Shown: piece by piece, positions 11,901-24,790 of the stretch
Layout: every line of letters begins with the position of its first letter
Numbering within the stretch: position 1 is the first letter of the stretch
Assembly (NCBI RefSeq): GCF_036321535.1
Contig: NC_087438.1
Location: 115,692,001 to 115,756,000, forward strand
Reading direction: 5' to 3'
Source of the DNA: Camelus dromedarius
Taxonomy: Eukaryota
Length of the DNA: 64,000 nt
Program-made: the position numbers and the translations under genes
Notes under the pieces: model-generated
Databases searched by the model: none
The model's input: only the letters and a program-made list of their open reading frames with translations
Told to the model about the DNA's origin: nothing

Positions 11901-14900
11901 AATAAGCCTGTGGATTGTGCTGGATTTTTGGTGATGGGTCAGCAGGTGTGGGGCCTGGATCAGTCGTGGCCCTCTGGGAGGGGCCCAGATGGGAGGAGGT
12001 GGTCAGCCTGCTGAGGTCAGAGACTCCTGGGGCCTCTGCAGTGGCTTCCAGAGCCAGAATTCCAGGGGAAGGAAGAGGGGTGGCTACTCTAAGGAAAGGA
12101 GGAAACAGTCCAGTGGTCTCAAAGTCTGGGGCAGGGTAGGCTAGAGACCAGGACAGAAGACCCCAGTGGAAATGCAGAGAAAGGGGCAAGGAGGCCTGCC
12201 TGCTGCAGGAGATGTGCAGTGCAGTGAGCAGGGCACCTTGACAGCCCCAGCTGGCAGAGACCCCACGCATGTCAGTGGTGCAGTGGGACATCCACCAAGT
12301 CAGCTGAAAGACACTTTCCCAAACATCTACAACACGCTGCACTCAGTTGACATTTGAGCACCAGCAGCATAGCTGTGCTCCTTGGGCTTGCGCCCATGGC
12401 CCCTGTGTGAGGTCTTCATCTAGGACCCACTACGGGGTGTTCTAGGAGCCCGCTCTGGCTAGTAGGCAAGACATGTTCCCTTGATCCGAGGCTCACCAGC
12501 CTGAGTCCTAGAAACCAGGCAGGTGCTTCTCTCTGGGCCTGGCCTCCTCCCACCTCCTACAAAGGTCACTTTAGAAGTCGCAGCGCATGCAGCTGGAATC
12601 CAGTTTGGAGGTCATGAGGGACATCCCTCGCTGGCAGAGACCTGCTGCATGAAGCTGAGAACTCCCAGGGGCTCTCTCCTGCCCTTGTCCATCCTCAGGC
12701 CAGAGGCCAGAGCTGACCCTGGACCCCCGGCCTCCCCTCCACACAGGCGACAGCTAGGTGCGCAAGCCTTGGCAGGAATCAGTGGTCTCTAACTGTATGG
12801 TTAGCCAGGTACCGCAATCATGCTCAGAACCTTGGGATGGAGATGGGGTAGCCTTTCCATGCCGGGCAGGGAGAGCTCTCAGGCAAACAAGACATCCTGC
12901 TGGCCAGGGCCTCATGTTGTCCCTCCATGGCTGTTGCCCACATCCACCTGCGCTCAGGGTGTGCAGGGTGTGGGGAGCTGGGAGGGACTCTGAAAACTGA
13001 GGCTGCAGGAGCCAGGGGGTGAGGTTGGCTTTCTCAAGGCCACACCTTCACCTCTCCAAGCCAGGAGCAGAGTCCTTGCTCCCCTCTCTGCTCTTCTTGC
13101 TCCCCGACTACTACCACCACCTCTGAGCCCTGCCCTGCTACCCAGCTAGACCCCCAGGAGGGGGCCAGTGGAGGAGGCCACAAGGGAAGGGCAGGCTGGG
13201 ACAGGTGGGGCATGAGGGGACATGATGCTAGAGCTGAGGACAGGAAACCGAGCCCCCACCCGCTCAGAGGTCAGGCCCTCTGACTTCCACCCTCCATGGG
13301 CCATTTGATGGAAGGGAGTGGGGCGCGGGGCAGACAGGAGGAGGCTTGGCCAGAAGCCTCATAATTGGGAGGCCCGTGCCTCCTGATAGCAGAAGGAGGG
13401 ACACCCAACTCAGCTGGCTCCATGGCTAGAGCCTCAGGGCCACATGGTGTCCTTGAGAGCAAAGGAAGGCAGCGCTACCCTCTGCTGACAGAACCACAGC
13501 TGGCAGGACAGGGGGTCTTGGACAGGTGGCCAAGTGCATCTACTCCAGACAGTCCTGCATCAGGAGGGAGCTGTGGTAGGGGATAGAGAGCTGCCTGGTG
13601 GATAGAGTGGGAATCCATCAAGGGAGGGAGGGAGGAGATAGGAAGCAGAGTGATGGCAGGTCATGGCTTCATTCCTCAAGACAGGACCCCAGAACGCCTC
13701 TCCTACCATCCCCTCCTGGCCATAGCAGTCTTCACTGGAGGCTCCAAGCCACTGAAGACAGAGCTTGATGGGGCCCAGCGAGACTGAGGGACTGGAGACA
13801 GACCCAGGGCTCTGGACTCCCAAAGCTCCTACCTTCACACCCCAAATCACATCAGCTTCCCCGGGCTGGCACGCCAACATCCCACGCCAAGCCCAGGGCC
13901 TTGTTGGCTCAGGGCTTGCTACTCCCTGAACCAGGCCGTTTCAGGCTGGGTCACCCACTGCTCCAGGGCTGTAGCTGACCACCAGGGATTCCCAACTGGG
14001 GCTCCAAGGGGTCAGCTAGGGTTAGACGAGCTCTGGGCAGATGCTCTATAAAGAGGGAGCCAGTGATTAAGTGCATAGGGCAGTGTCTGGGGCCGGAGTG
14101 CAGGTGGCCCATCTCACCCACCTGTGTGAGTCACCAGGCAATAGGGCCAGATAGGACACTCCACACAGGAGTCAGGGCCTGGAGGCGGAGGGGTGACAGG
14201 TGCCCTACTCGAGTCACCTATGGGCCACATCCACAACGCACAGACAGCACAAACAGTGCAGCACCTCTGAGCTAGGGCCCAGGCAGGAGCCCGGCATCCA
14301 GGTGCCAGGGACTCCACCATGAAAGGGCAGGACAGGCTGGGCAGGGGGGTAGGGGCACAGCCACAAGGTTAAAGAGGTGACATACCAAGAGAAGACGCAG
14401 GGACAGGGCTGGGCCTCCTAGGAAAGCAGGCATAGATACCGGAGACAAACAGGAGGTACCCTGGGAGTTGATGCAGAAGTAGGTTCTGCCTACTTGGACC
14501 CAGCTCTCCATGAGGTGAAGCACCAGGCACCCACTCCCATCACCATGGCTCCAGGGCAGAGAGAGGCAGAGCCCCACCAGAAGAGGCCCATGGGTCCACA
14601 GGACAGGCCCCGGCAAATGGGCAAGGGGAGCTAGCAAGGGCCTGTGTGAGTGAGGGGGCAAAACCCTCAACTCCCTGCTGGCTGGAAGTAAGCCCCATCC
14701 TTCTCGGGGCCTCAGTTTCCCTCCGGTGCAAGAGCCTGTGGGATGAGGGGGCTTCCCAGGGCCTCCCTGCTCCTGCATTTTGCTGATGTGGGATATTCCA
14801 TCTGGGGCCCCCTCTGGAGCCCAGCTGGCCCCCCTCACCTGCCAAGATCAGCACATCCCCATGAACCCTGGCCCAGCCCCCCACCCCGCCCCACTTGCCC

Positions 14901-17900
14901 TTTACCCTCAACTCAGAGGGAGGGCAGAGAACAGGGCAGCCTGCTTGGGCCTCAGAAGCCACCTCTCCAGGGAGTTTACAGCCCCTCCCGCCAGCCCTGA
15001 AGAAGGAGGAAATGGGCCTGGTGGGCCTGTTCACAGGTAGTTGAGACGGGAGAGGAATAACCATATTAAAGGCCCGGAGGTAGTGGGGCCTCAACCCACC
15101 AGGGCCCCCCTGGGCCCAGCCCCCTGCGAATCTCACACTCCCAGGGCAGCAGCTTTGAAGTCCTGGAGGGAATGTGGCCAGCCCCCTCCTCCTGGGGCCC
15201 CCACAGACCCTCCCCGCAACACTCCCACTTTCTGGGTCCTGGGGCCTCACTTTCCACCCTTCAGGGATGCTCTGAATCCTATCCCCCGACCCCTGTGCTG
15301 GGCCAGAACCTCCAGGGCTGGGACCTCCATGGCAACAGGTGCAGGGCCAGCTCTGGGCCACAGGCCTGGTACAGAGAGCTGAGGAGGCCCAGCCAGGTTC
15401 CCTAGCCTCACATAGTGCTGACCCCCTGCCCCCCGCCACAGCAGAGCCTGGGCTAGGTGGGCTGCTGGTCCGGCCTTTACCCCTGCTTTGGGGGGTCTTA
15501 TCTGGGGGACATGACACAGTCCATCCTGAGGTCTGGCCTGGCCCCACTCCCTCTGTCCTCCCATTCAGTGGTCTCCCCCCAGCTCAGGCCTCCCGGCCCC
15601 TTCCCAAGCCGCTTGGCCCTCTTGCCTGCCACTCATTTCCCTGTTGGAACCCTGTCTCCTTTCATGAAATCCTCTGGCTGGGACACCCAAGGACAGGGCA
15701 TCCTGGCAGTCAGCAGCTTTCTCTCCAGCAGCCCCTTGGCCTCCTGGCCTGAGCAGGAACAGGGCACCTTAACCCACCCACACTGCCCTCCAGCCCCAAG
15801 TCCAGCCATCTGGACGATGACCTCCCAGGGTGACATCCAAAGCTCGGAGGAATGGGACAGCATCTCTGTCATCCCACTGGGTGCTAATGCTGCCAGTCCT
15901 TCTGTTCACAGGCACTGAGTGGTAAACTGAGACCTGTTAGATGAGGCCACTCTCCTCAGTGTGAGTTCGTGAAGGCAAGGCCACCCCATTTCCTCCCTCC
16001 CTGGCCCACCATAAGGGGAGGGATGGGGAACAGCTAACAGAGGACACTCCGACCCGCCTTACCCGTCACCTCCCAGGTGACCTTGGCCCTGGAGAGTTGG
16101 GTGATGGCCCCTTCGCTACTTTCTGGGTCATCTGTGAGGGCTTCCAAGAGGAGGTGAGCATAGGGTGCAGTTTCTATGGCTCCTGCATCCTCAGTCTTGG
16201 CCCCTTCTGCATTCATACTTCTGAGAGGTCGGTCCCTGCAGATGTCAGGACCAGACAGGGTGCCCAGGGTGCTGGGGAAGCCCTGGGGAGGGCTCCAGCC
16301 TGGGAGCCGCCACCGCCTGTCCTGCCAGCTGGGACAGGAGCTAGTCAGAAGGTGCTAATTGATGTTTAGATCCAGGCTGGCTCCTCAATCACGTCTTTCT
16401 CTCTCTCTCTCTTTTTTTTTATTTGAGTCTCTGGAGCACACAGTAAACAGTCATTTGGTTCTCAGGGCCCTGCAAATTGGTGTTTATGGTGTAAGGACCA
16501 GGACTCTCCACCCAAACACGGCCAGCTGGGAGGGAGGCACTGAGCTGGGTAGGGATGGCATGCCCTCCCGCCCTTAGAGACCCAGCAGTGGGAGGGCCTT
16601 CCCTCCATTCTAAAGGAGGAGGCAGGTCTGCTCCCCACAACTCCTGATGCCTGCAGTCCAGCCTGAGGTGAGGAGCCATCGGGTTCACCCACCAGCACTG
16701 GGCCAGCACTGGCCAGAATCCTGTCAACTGGGTGCTTGTGTGGTTGGAGGGGGCCAATACTTGAGGCATTGCAGTTAATCCAGGAGGGCTTCTAGGAGGA
16801 GGTGAGTCCCCATGGGAGAGGCACGAAGGCTCACCAGGGCCCTCAGATTCCCCAGCTCTGTGTCCAGCTATAGCTCCTGTCCAAGCTTCCATCTCCCTCA
16901 ACTTCCTCCAAGTCCCTACGGCAGAAGTTGGGACTCTACATATAATATCCTCTCCCAACCACAGTGGCCATCTGCAGAACTGAAGACAGGAATGTGGGGA
17001 GGCCCCGGCCTTAATGCAAGGGGTTGGATGGTGGAACCCCAAGACAGCAGTGGGGAGGTCTTTTGTGAGAAGGGGACTTCCCCACCTGTCTGCCCCTCAC
17101 TCGACAACTGGACTGCAGAGAGACAGGCAGGCCCAGGCAGAACCTCCATCAGGGCTCAACAGCCATCCCAGATTCTTTAGCTCCCTCCACTGCTGACAGC
17201 AGGGGTTTGTCCTCTACCTCACCTGGCTCCCCGGCTCGCTCAGCCTGCGAGCCTGCAGCCTACAGAGGCCAGGAGCCCTAGGGAAGGCTGTTTGATGTTT
17301 GGAGTTTGGAAGGAGCCCCATAGATCGCAAGTGCTTCTTCCTCCAGTGTGCTTTTAGTTCCCAGGTCTGGGCCAGAGAACAAGAACCTCAGGAACAGAGG
17401 ATACAGGTCGCAAATCTCCAAGACAGCTCCCTCCTCTGCTCAAGAACCTTCCATGGCTCCCCAGTGCCCACAGGTTGGAGTTGGAGTGCATTAGCCTGCA
17501 CCTCTTACAAACTAGTCCCACTCTGAGCTGAAGGGGGCCTCTAACCCATGGATGGGGAAACTGACCTGGGCAAGACACGACTTGCCCAAGGGTACTCAAC
17601 ACCTTAGTCAGGACAGAGTCTTAAGGAAAGCTGAGCCTTCACATCATACCTTCCGGTCCCACCTGCAGTTCCCTCTCATCTTCCTTTATCCTTGCCGCCA
17701 TCCTTCCAGCTTCAGACACCCCCTGGCCGCTGCTGCAGCCTTCTCACCACCATATTGCCATAATCTTTGGTGATTCCTGAATTAGTGTCCCCTGGGGGCC
17801 CGGGAAAGTCAGTGCCTGCTGCACCTCAGGGGCCCATGCAAGGCAGAGGAGGAGCTGTGTATGTGCTGCATATGGGGCGGGGGGTGACTCTGGTGCCAAG

Positions 17901-18919
17901 CTGGCCCATCCCCAGGGCTGTTAAGCCTCTGCAGGGGCCCTGGCCAGCTCCTAAGGCCCAGCACTCTCCCCAGCTCCAGCCCTTGGGCAGGCCAGTCTGA
18001 GTAAGCCAAACTAGTACCCCAGAATGTTTCAGGGTAATGTCCCCTTATCTGGGAGATTTGGGAGTGACTGGGGCACCTGTAATGGGCCAGCTCTACAACT
18101 TGTGTCCTCAGCATCAGCTGGCCCTACAGCGATCCCAGGGGGGTCCCCATATGCACGCCCATCATGGAGTCTCACCCCTGTTCCCACATCAGGGTCCCCA
18201 GGAGGTGGCCGTTAGGAAGGTCGCCCCAGGACAGGCTTTGTCTGAGCCTCTCAGAGTCAACAGCACATTGAGGATGGGCGGGATCTGTGTGCTGGGTCAC
18301 TCCTACCCTGGGAGCAGCTCTGGGTGGGAAGTGCTCAGGAAGGACAGGTTCTGTCTGGGACAGGATCAGGGTCAGCCTGAGGTCAGAGGTCAGAATGGCA
18401 GATCAGCGCTGGGCCTGGGGCAGGATGGAAGGTCAGCCTGCCCTTCGTCTGTCTCCAGAGGGCTGATCTTCATGGATGTCCCCCATGGTGTGGGGGATGG
18501 GTGGCCTCGCCCAGACTCCTGGACACCCCTGTGGGTGCAGCATCAGCTCCCTGGCCCCTAGCCCATGCCTAAGCCCCTCAGCTCCAAGTCCCTCACCCGG
18601 TGGAGTGCTGGGCACTTCTTGGGCCATCAGGGGGCTGCCCTGGCCCTGCCCAGTGGCACACAGTTTGCCAGTGCTTGTTTGACACTATTCCTGGGGGGTG
18701 TGGAGGTCAGAGAGTTCTCGCCCCTCAGATGGGGAGGATGGACACCCCAGCCTACAGCTGATGTGGGGAAGGTGGTGGGGCTCAGAGCCAGCACCTACCC
18801 ACTCAGGCCCAGGAGGACAGTGTGGCCACCTCTGGCAGACAGTTCAGCTCAGCTCGCCGCAGGGTAGCCTCTACTTCCCTCTGAGCAACAAGGGTGCAGC
18901 CCAGCTCCCAGATGGCTGT

Positions 18920-19105
18920 GAGGGTAACACTCAGGTGGGGACACTGCAGGTGAGGGGTACACTGCGGGTAAGGGTGACGCAGGTGGGAGAGAAAGGATGC
19001 AAATGGGAAGGATACCGGTGGGGACACTGCTGGGGTGGATGCTGCAGGTGGGGACAACACAAAGGAGCACACTACAGGTGGTGTTGCACGCAGCACAGGT
19101 GGGAT
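18920..19105 (+). repeat. Degenerate minisatellite, unit about GGGGACACTGCAGGT
   Basis: Recurrent (g)acactgcaggtgggg variants; six CAGGTG. Confidence 0.65.
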
Positions 19106-21947
19106 GCCTCAGGCTAGGGCACATGCACGTTCTCTGCCTCTCTCCCTGTCACAAGGCCTGACCTCTGGGGGTGAATGAACTTGACCCCAGTTTAGCCCCT
19201 CCCCTGGCCTGACCCTCAACTGTGAGCTGAGCCAAGCCAGGCCCACAGGGATGCTCCTGCAGCTCAGTCCACTGCTGACACGTGAAGTGGGACAGGCCAC
19301 CACCCACTCTGATACGCTCCCTCAGCCAGCAGGTTTAGGAGCAGGCGCGACTGCTTCCTGCTTCCCGTCCTATGGGGCCTGGGGTCCCTGAGCGGGCCCC
19401 TGGATTGAGGGGCGTGAGGACACGCCCAGGCCCTGGAGTAGGACTGGGGGCCTCTCCAGGGCCCCCCCTTGCAGCACTCCAGCTGCAGCTCGAACCTAGC
19501 ATAGCCCGACATGCTGGCAGGTAGGAGGACCGGCCCAGACAATACCCAGCCCGGACAGGCCGCCAGCACGGCCAGCAGTCTCCAACTCGGGGGCCATTCC
19601 AGGGTCAGGTGTTCTTTTTAGATTTTTCTTGCCCCATTAATGAGGAACAATTTCTCTCTAGGACCAAAAGCAATGCCAGGCCTCCTCATACCACCTGGCC
19701 AGCCTGCTCAGGTTCCCCAAGACCTCCCCTCGCCGCCATCAGCTCCTCTGCTGGAGCCTCTGGGCCTGAACTCTGCATGTTGCCCTGATGCCCAGGCTCT
19801 GGGAAGGCAGGCAGGCAGGCAGGCAGCCGTCCCTTTGGGCAGTGACGAGGCACTCTGGTCTACAGCGGAACAAGGCCTGCTTTTGTCAGGGACTCAGCCT
19901 TCCTCACCTGTCCACGTCTCTCTCTCTCTCTCCAGCCAGGCCTGGGGACGTGAGGCCTTTGAAGGTTCAAATCACAGACTCGGACATCCCTAGCTGCTCA
20001 CCTTGTGAGCCTCCCTGCCTGCTGGTCTCCTTCATGGGCTGTCCACCCCAATTAACACACCCGGGGAGCTAGGAGCCCTCCAGAGCAGTCCGGGCCTCTC
20101 CCTCCCACACAGTCCTAACAGGGAGTGGTAGGAGGTGTAGCCTGCCCAGGAAGAGGCTTGAGGCCCCCCCCCCCAAGAAGGGGGCTCCTCAGGGCAGGTG
20201 CCCAGCTGGGATTGCAGGTAGAAGGCAGCCTGCTTTAAAGGGCAGGGTCCACCCACCCTGGCCTGGGAGCCAGAAGCAGCACCCAACACCCCAAGCTGGA
20301 GTCAGGACCTGGCCCAGACAGGCTGGTGTCCCCAGAGACAGCCCGCTCTCATTTTCTGGGAACAGCAAGCCACTTTACAGCCTTAGGATCTCTGCAGGAT
20401 TTTCACACTCTTGGAGGGACCAGAGCGGAGGGCATGCAGCCTAAGGCCCAGTCAGGGTGACAGGTGTGGGGGCAGCCCTCCAGGGCACAAGGCAGGGTGC
20501 ACGCGGACAGTCCCTGGCCGCAGAGGCTGAGACACCACCATGCCTTCAGCTGGGTTTTTAATTAACCTCAGCCACTCTGAAGGGCCCCAATTAAGTGGAG
20601 AATGTGATGGCAGAGTGGGGTCAGGCCGAGGGATGGGTTTTAATTAAAGCACAGAGGGTTCCCAGCCAGGGTGGCGTGGCCTGGGCAGGAGCGCCCCCAC
20701 CTGACTGCCTTTGCCCCAGTCTTGCTCCAAAGGGCAGTGGTGCACCTCAGAGTGGGCACTGCCTGCCCCTGGCTGGGCAGGACAGAGCGTGGCCCCCGCA
20801 GGGCCTGAGACCTCCCATCCAGTCTGTGTGGCCCAAGATCAGGCAGCTCCTCTCTGAGCCACTGTCCTTTGCTGGCTGTCCCCCTGCTCTCCCTCTTAAC
20901 TTCTGCACTGGAATAATCAACCACATAGTGAGTGTCTATGGTGTGTCCGCTGCAAAGGCCCAGCTAGGTGGCAGGGGATGGACAGAAACAAACAAATAAA
21001 TGTATCAAATATGTTCGTGTGCAATGGAGGAGAGCGGAGTGAGGGGCCAAGAGAAGCAGGGAGGGCTGTTTTAGCTGGGGAGTGGGGCAGAGGAGCACAG
21101 GTCCTTGGAGGGAGGGAGGGAAGAGGGACTGAGCTCATTTGGAAGGGGGCAGTCAGTTCAAAGGCCCTGGAACAGGACCCGGGGCCCAGCTGAGCTGCGT
21201 GATGCCTGCAAAATCGAACGAGAGGGAGCCAGGTGACAGAAGGCCACAGGCATGAGGGGCTTTTAGCTTCACTCAGGGGGACGGGGCCACATGGGGCTTC
21301 TGAGCAGGGCCATTTGCGAGGTGCCAGTAACCAGGCTGCCTGCCCCCACCATGGCCCAGTCCCCACTCTGCTTGTCATCCAGGCTCCCTAGCCTTGCTTG
21401 CTCAGTGGGATGGGAAGCAAAACACTCGTAAGTCCTTGTGAGCCATGACTCCTGCTTCTGAGGATGGTCTCCACCGTGGCCTGGGCCTACAGCTGGCTGG
21501 GGGAGGTGGTGGCAGGCAGGCATGAGTCCTGCCCCACAGCTGCCTGTCTTTCTTCAGGGCAGTTTTGCAATAACTGCAGCTGCAGGCCGATATTCTCCAC
21601 GCCTGGCTTCCCCCAGACACTGGGCTTTGGGAGCGATGAGTGAAGGAAGCAGGGCTGGGGGGGTGTCTTCCAGTATCAGCACAGGCTGCCTCTAGTCCTT
21701 CCCCTGGTCGTGCTCGGGGCTGCAGGGCAGGGGGCACCCAGGAGGGGACTGGTCTCACTCCAAAAGCCAGAACCACTACAAGGTATGGTGGTCACATCAG
21801 AGGACACATGCCCAGCGGTGGACACACAACAGCTGGGCAGGCCAAGTGGCTACTTGCAAGATGTGTGCAGACATCGCCTGGACAGGCAAGTGATAGGAAA
21901 GGGGGGTGTCCCAGGGGCCCTCATCCTTTCAGCCCCAGGAACCAGCC

Positions 21948-22398
21948 TGTATGAGGCCGTGGGCAGACCGGGACAAATTTCCACAAACGTGGTAGCTAAA
22001 AACAACAGGAATTTGTTCTCTCCCAAGTTAGAAGGCCAGAAGTCTGAGGTCGAGGTGTTGGCAGGGCATGCTCCCTCCACAGGCTTAGGGGCAGATCCTT
22101 CCTGCTTCTTGTAGCAACTGGTGCCCCAGGTATCCCTTGGCTTGTGGCTGCATCACCCCAATATCTACCTCTGTTGTCATGTGGCCATCTCTCCATGTAT
22201 GTGTCTTAAATCCTCCTTTCCCTTCTCTTATAACACTTGTCATCACTTGCCATTGGATTCAGGGCCCACCCAATCCAGGATCATCTCATCTCAAGGTCCT
22301 TAACCAATCACAGCTGCACAGACATTTCCAGACAAGATCCCATTCTGAAGTCACGGGCAGATGTGACTTTGCGGGGATACAACCCTACCCACTGCAAG
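21948..22398 (-). mobile_element. MaLR (MLT1-type) solo LTR
   Basis: aaacaacaggaatttgttctctcccaagttagaaggccagaagtctgaggtcgaggtgttggcaggg...cagggcccacccaatccaggatcatctcatctcaaggtccttaacc, typical antisense MLT1 text. Confidence 0.85.
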
Positions 22399-24624
22399 GC
22401 CTGTGGGGTAAAACTGCTATACCTCATGAAAGACTCCAGGCCAGCAGATGTCACCAAGATGCCCGTAGGTCCTAACTCCCAAGAACCGTGAGATGGCACA
22501 TACAAGGACTGTCATTTTAAGCTACTGAGGTTTGCAGAACTTGTCACCAGGCAAGAGAACGGGAACCAACTTTCCCCTTTCCAGAGTTTTTGGGACCCCA
22601 AATTCATTAGATGTCCCCCAGCCTAAGTGGGGTCCTTCCCTTCTGCTGTCTTCTGTCTGGGGGTCAAAAGGGGGAGAAGAGCCCCCTGAGAAGGGCAGAG
22701 ACTCCAGCCCCCTCAAACCTGGGGGTGAATTCCAAGAGAAGAGCTTGGTGCAGGTAGAGTCTAGGGCTGCACCCCTCACATTCTGTGTGTCCCCCACCGA
22801 GACCAATGAGGGCCCAGCCCCTCCCCCCATCCACCAACTTACTGGGTGTTGTGGCTCCACAGCTTGGTCAGCCTTGCCCTTGTGGCCTCCTCCTGCTGCC
22901 TGCCTGGCCTCCCCAGCCACACTGCAGGGACCACCAGGGAAAGCCCGAGTCATCGGGGCTTCCCCTGCCCCTCAAATTCCAGCCCGGACCTCTCTGCTGG
23001 CCCTGCTGTTTTGCACCTGTCCTTACCACATCCCCAAGTGGGGCCTCTCTCCCGCCCCTACTGGCCTCATCCAGAAGCCAGAGCAGAGAAGCTGTATAGG
23101 AACTAGGGACCCCCTATTAGGCTGGTGAAGCCCATGGGCCCCTTCTCAGAACAAGGTTTCATCATTGCCTAAAATACTTAGTGCAGCGTTACAAACAAAA
23201 CAGACCCAGTTATCAAAAGCTTTAAGACCTTTGTGCCACGTGACTCTGGGGGTGACAGGTTTCTATTACCTTGATAGGGGCGACAGCTCCCTAAAAGTGC
23301 AGTTAGAACTTTCCACACCTCCAGTGTGTGCTTCAGAAGTCCCCTTCCTCCATAAAGCCAGAAGACATGGAAATGAAGTGTTGCACAGAAGGGGACACAA
23401 AATGAAGCAGTGTCTTCTATGTCCCCCTGAGTTATCAGCACCCAAGATGACAAGGTTGGCTGTGGGCTGACAAGCTCTGCGATTTCACATGAAAATGTCT
23501 TGATGTTGCTGTTGCTGATAACATCATCGGTCAAGTGCATACTGCTATTTGGGAATGTCACCTACGCTCAAAGTGGGAGGAATGCTAAATGTCAGTTAAA
23601 GGGTCCTAAAAACAAAGATGTTCTTTTAGCACTCCAGTGGGAGGCCCACTGAATGGGGGCCCCTTGTATTCGGCTTACCTGCTGTCTGCCTGGACACGGA
23701 GTGAGACAGAGAACCAGGCAGGAAACATCCTTGCTCAGTGGAGTTGGCCTTCCAGCGAGGACCACAGTGTCCAGGTGAGTCAAGAGCCTGCAGGAACCGC
23801 CCATTCCACACAATGTTCTGGGCAGAGGGAGAAAGGCCCTGGGTCAGGAACGGTCCTGGCCTGTCCAAGGAATGGGAAGGAGCCCTGGGAGCTAGGCCAG
23901 GGTGAGGGGGCCATTGTGGAGATGCAGTGAAGGGAGGGACCTGAATGAGATGGAGAAACTGAGGCAAGAGCAAGTAGGCTCAAAGGGTCCTGAGGGGAGA
24001 GAGGCCCCAGAACTAACCCTCTCACATGTGTGGAACTGGGCCATGGTCCTCGCACTGCTGCTTGACCGCTGTGTGGCTGTGGACAAGCGCCACCCCTGTG
24101 CCAACCACAGGCTTCCCACATGACCTAACTGGCCCCAGACTTCAGCCTAGGCCCAGGACAAGGGGAGGGATGCTGGGGGTAGGGTGGGGAAACGGGCACG
24201 GGCATGGAGGCTGTGCCGGCTTCCTCCTGGGATCCACACCATCAGAACAGCTGTAATGATTCCTGCAGCCTGCCCCATGAAGCACATGAAGGAGGAGAAG
24301 GGACTGGGGCTAAGCAGAGGGAAGGGTGGGGCCCTCTCTGCACCCCACCCCTGTCTGGACACAAGCCTGTCTCAGGGTCCCCTCTGAGCTCAGGGAGTCA
24401 ACAGAGAACAGCCAAACGGAGCCAGGAGCACGTGGGTGAGTGCCGGTAGGCAGAGGACCCACCATCCCCCGCCACCATTCAAGGATGTCTTTAAGAGGAT
24501 AAAGGTCTGCACCTAAGTCCTGGATGCTGTTAACCAAGCAGTGAGACCCCCATCACTGGAGGAGTCCAAGATAATGCTGCAGCCTTCAGGTGTACTGAAC
24601 CCCCAATGCCCCAGAGCCAGGGGA

Positions 24625-24790
24625 GGAGCGAAGGCTCTGGCAACAGGCATGTTGGAGTCTGAGTTCCAGGGGCTCAATCCTAGCTGTGTGACCTTGGGGG
24701 GACCTGTAACCTCTCTGACCATCAGTAGCCTGGCATGAATGCTGCCCACCTCTCAGGTGCCACATACAGAAGTTGCATGAGGTACCTGCC
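24625..24790 (+). mobile_element. MIR SINE remnant
   Basis: ctcaatcctagctgtgtgaccttgggggg...taacctctctgacc resembles the MIR core. Confidence 0.6.

Noticed and set aside
14046-14075. TATA-like CTATAAAG in the WNT3A-ARF1 gap
   Set aside because: No CpG island, initiator or convincing downstream exon; single hexamers occur by chance.
14540-15547. 335-aa minus-strand intergenic ORF and the other 100-240 aa ORFs between 10.6 and 26 kb
   Set aside because: G/P/S/R-rich composition expected from GC-rich non-coding DNA; no family motif or supported splice structure.
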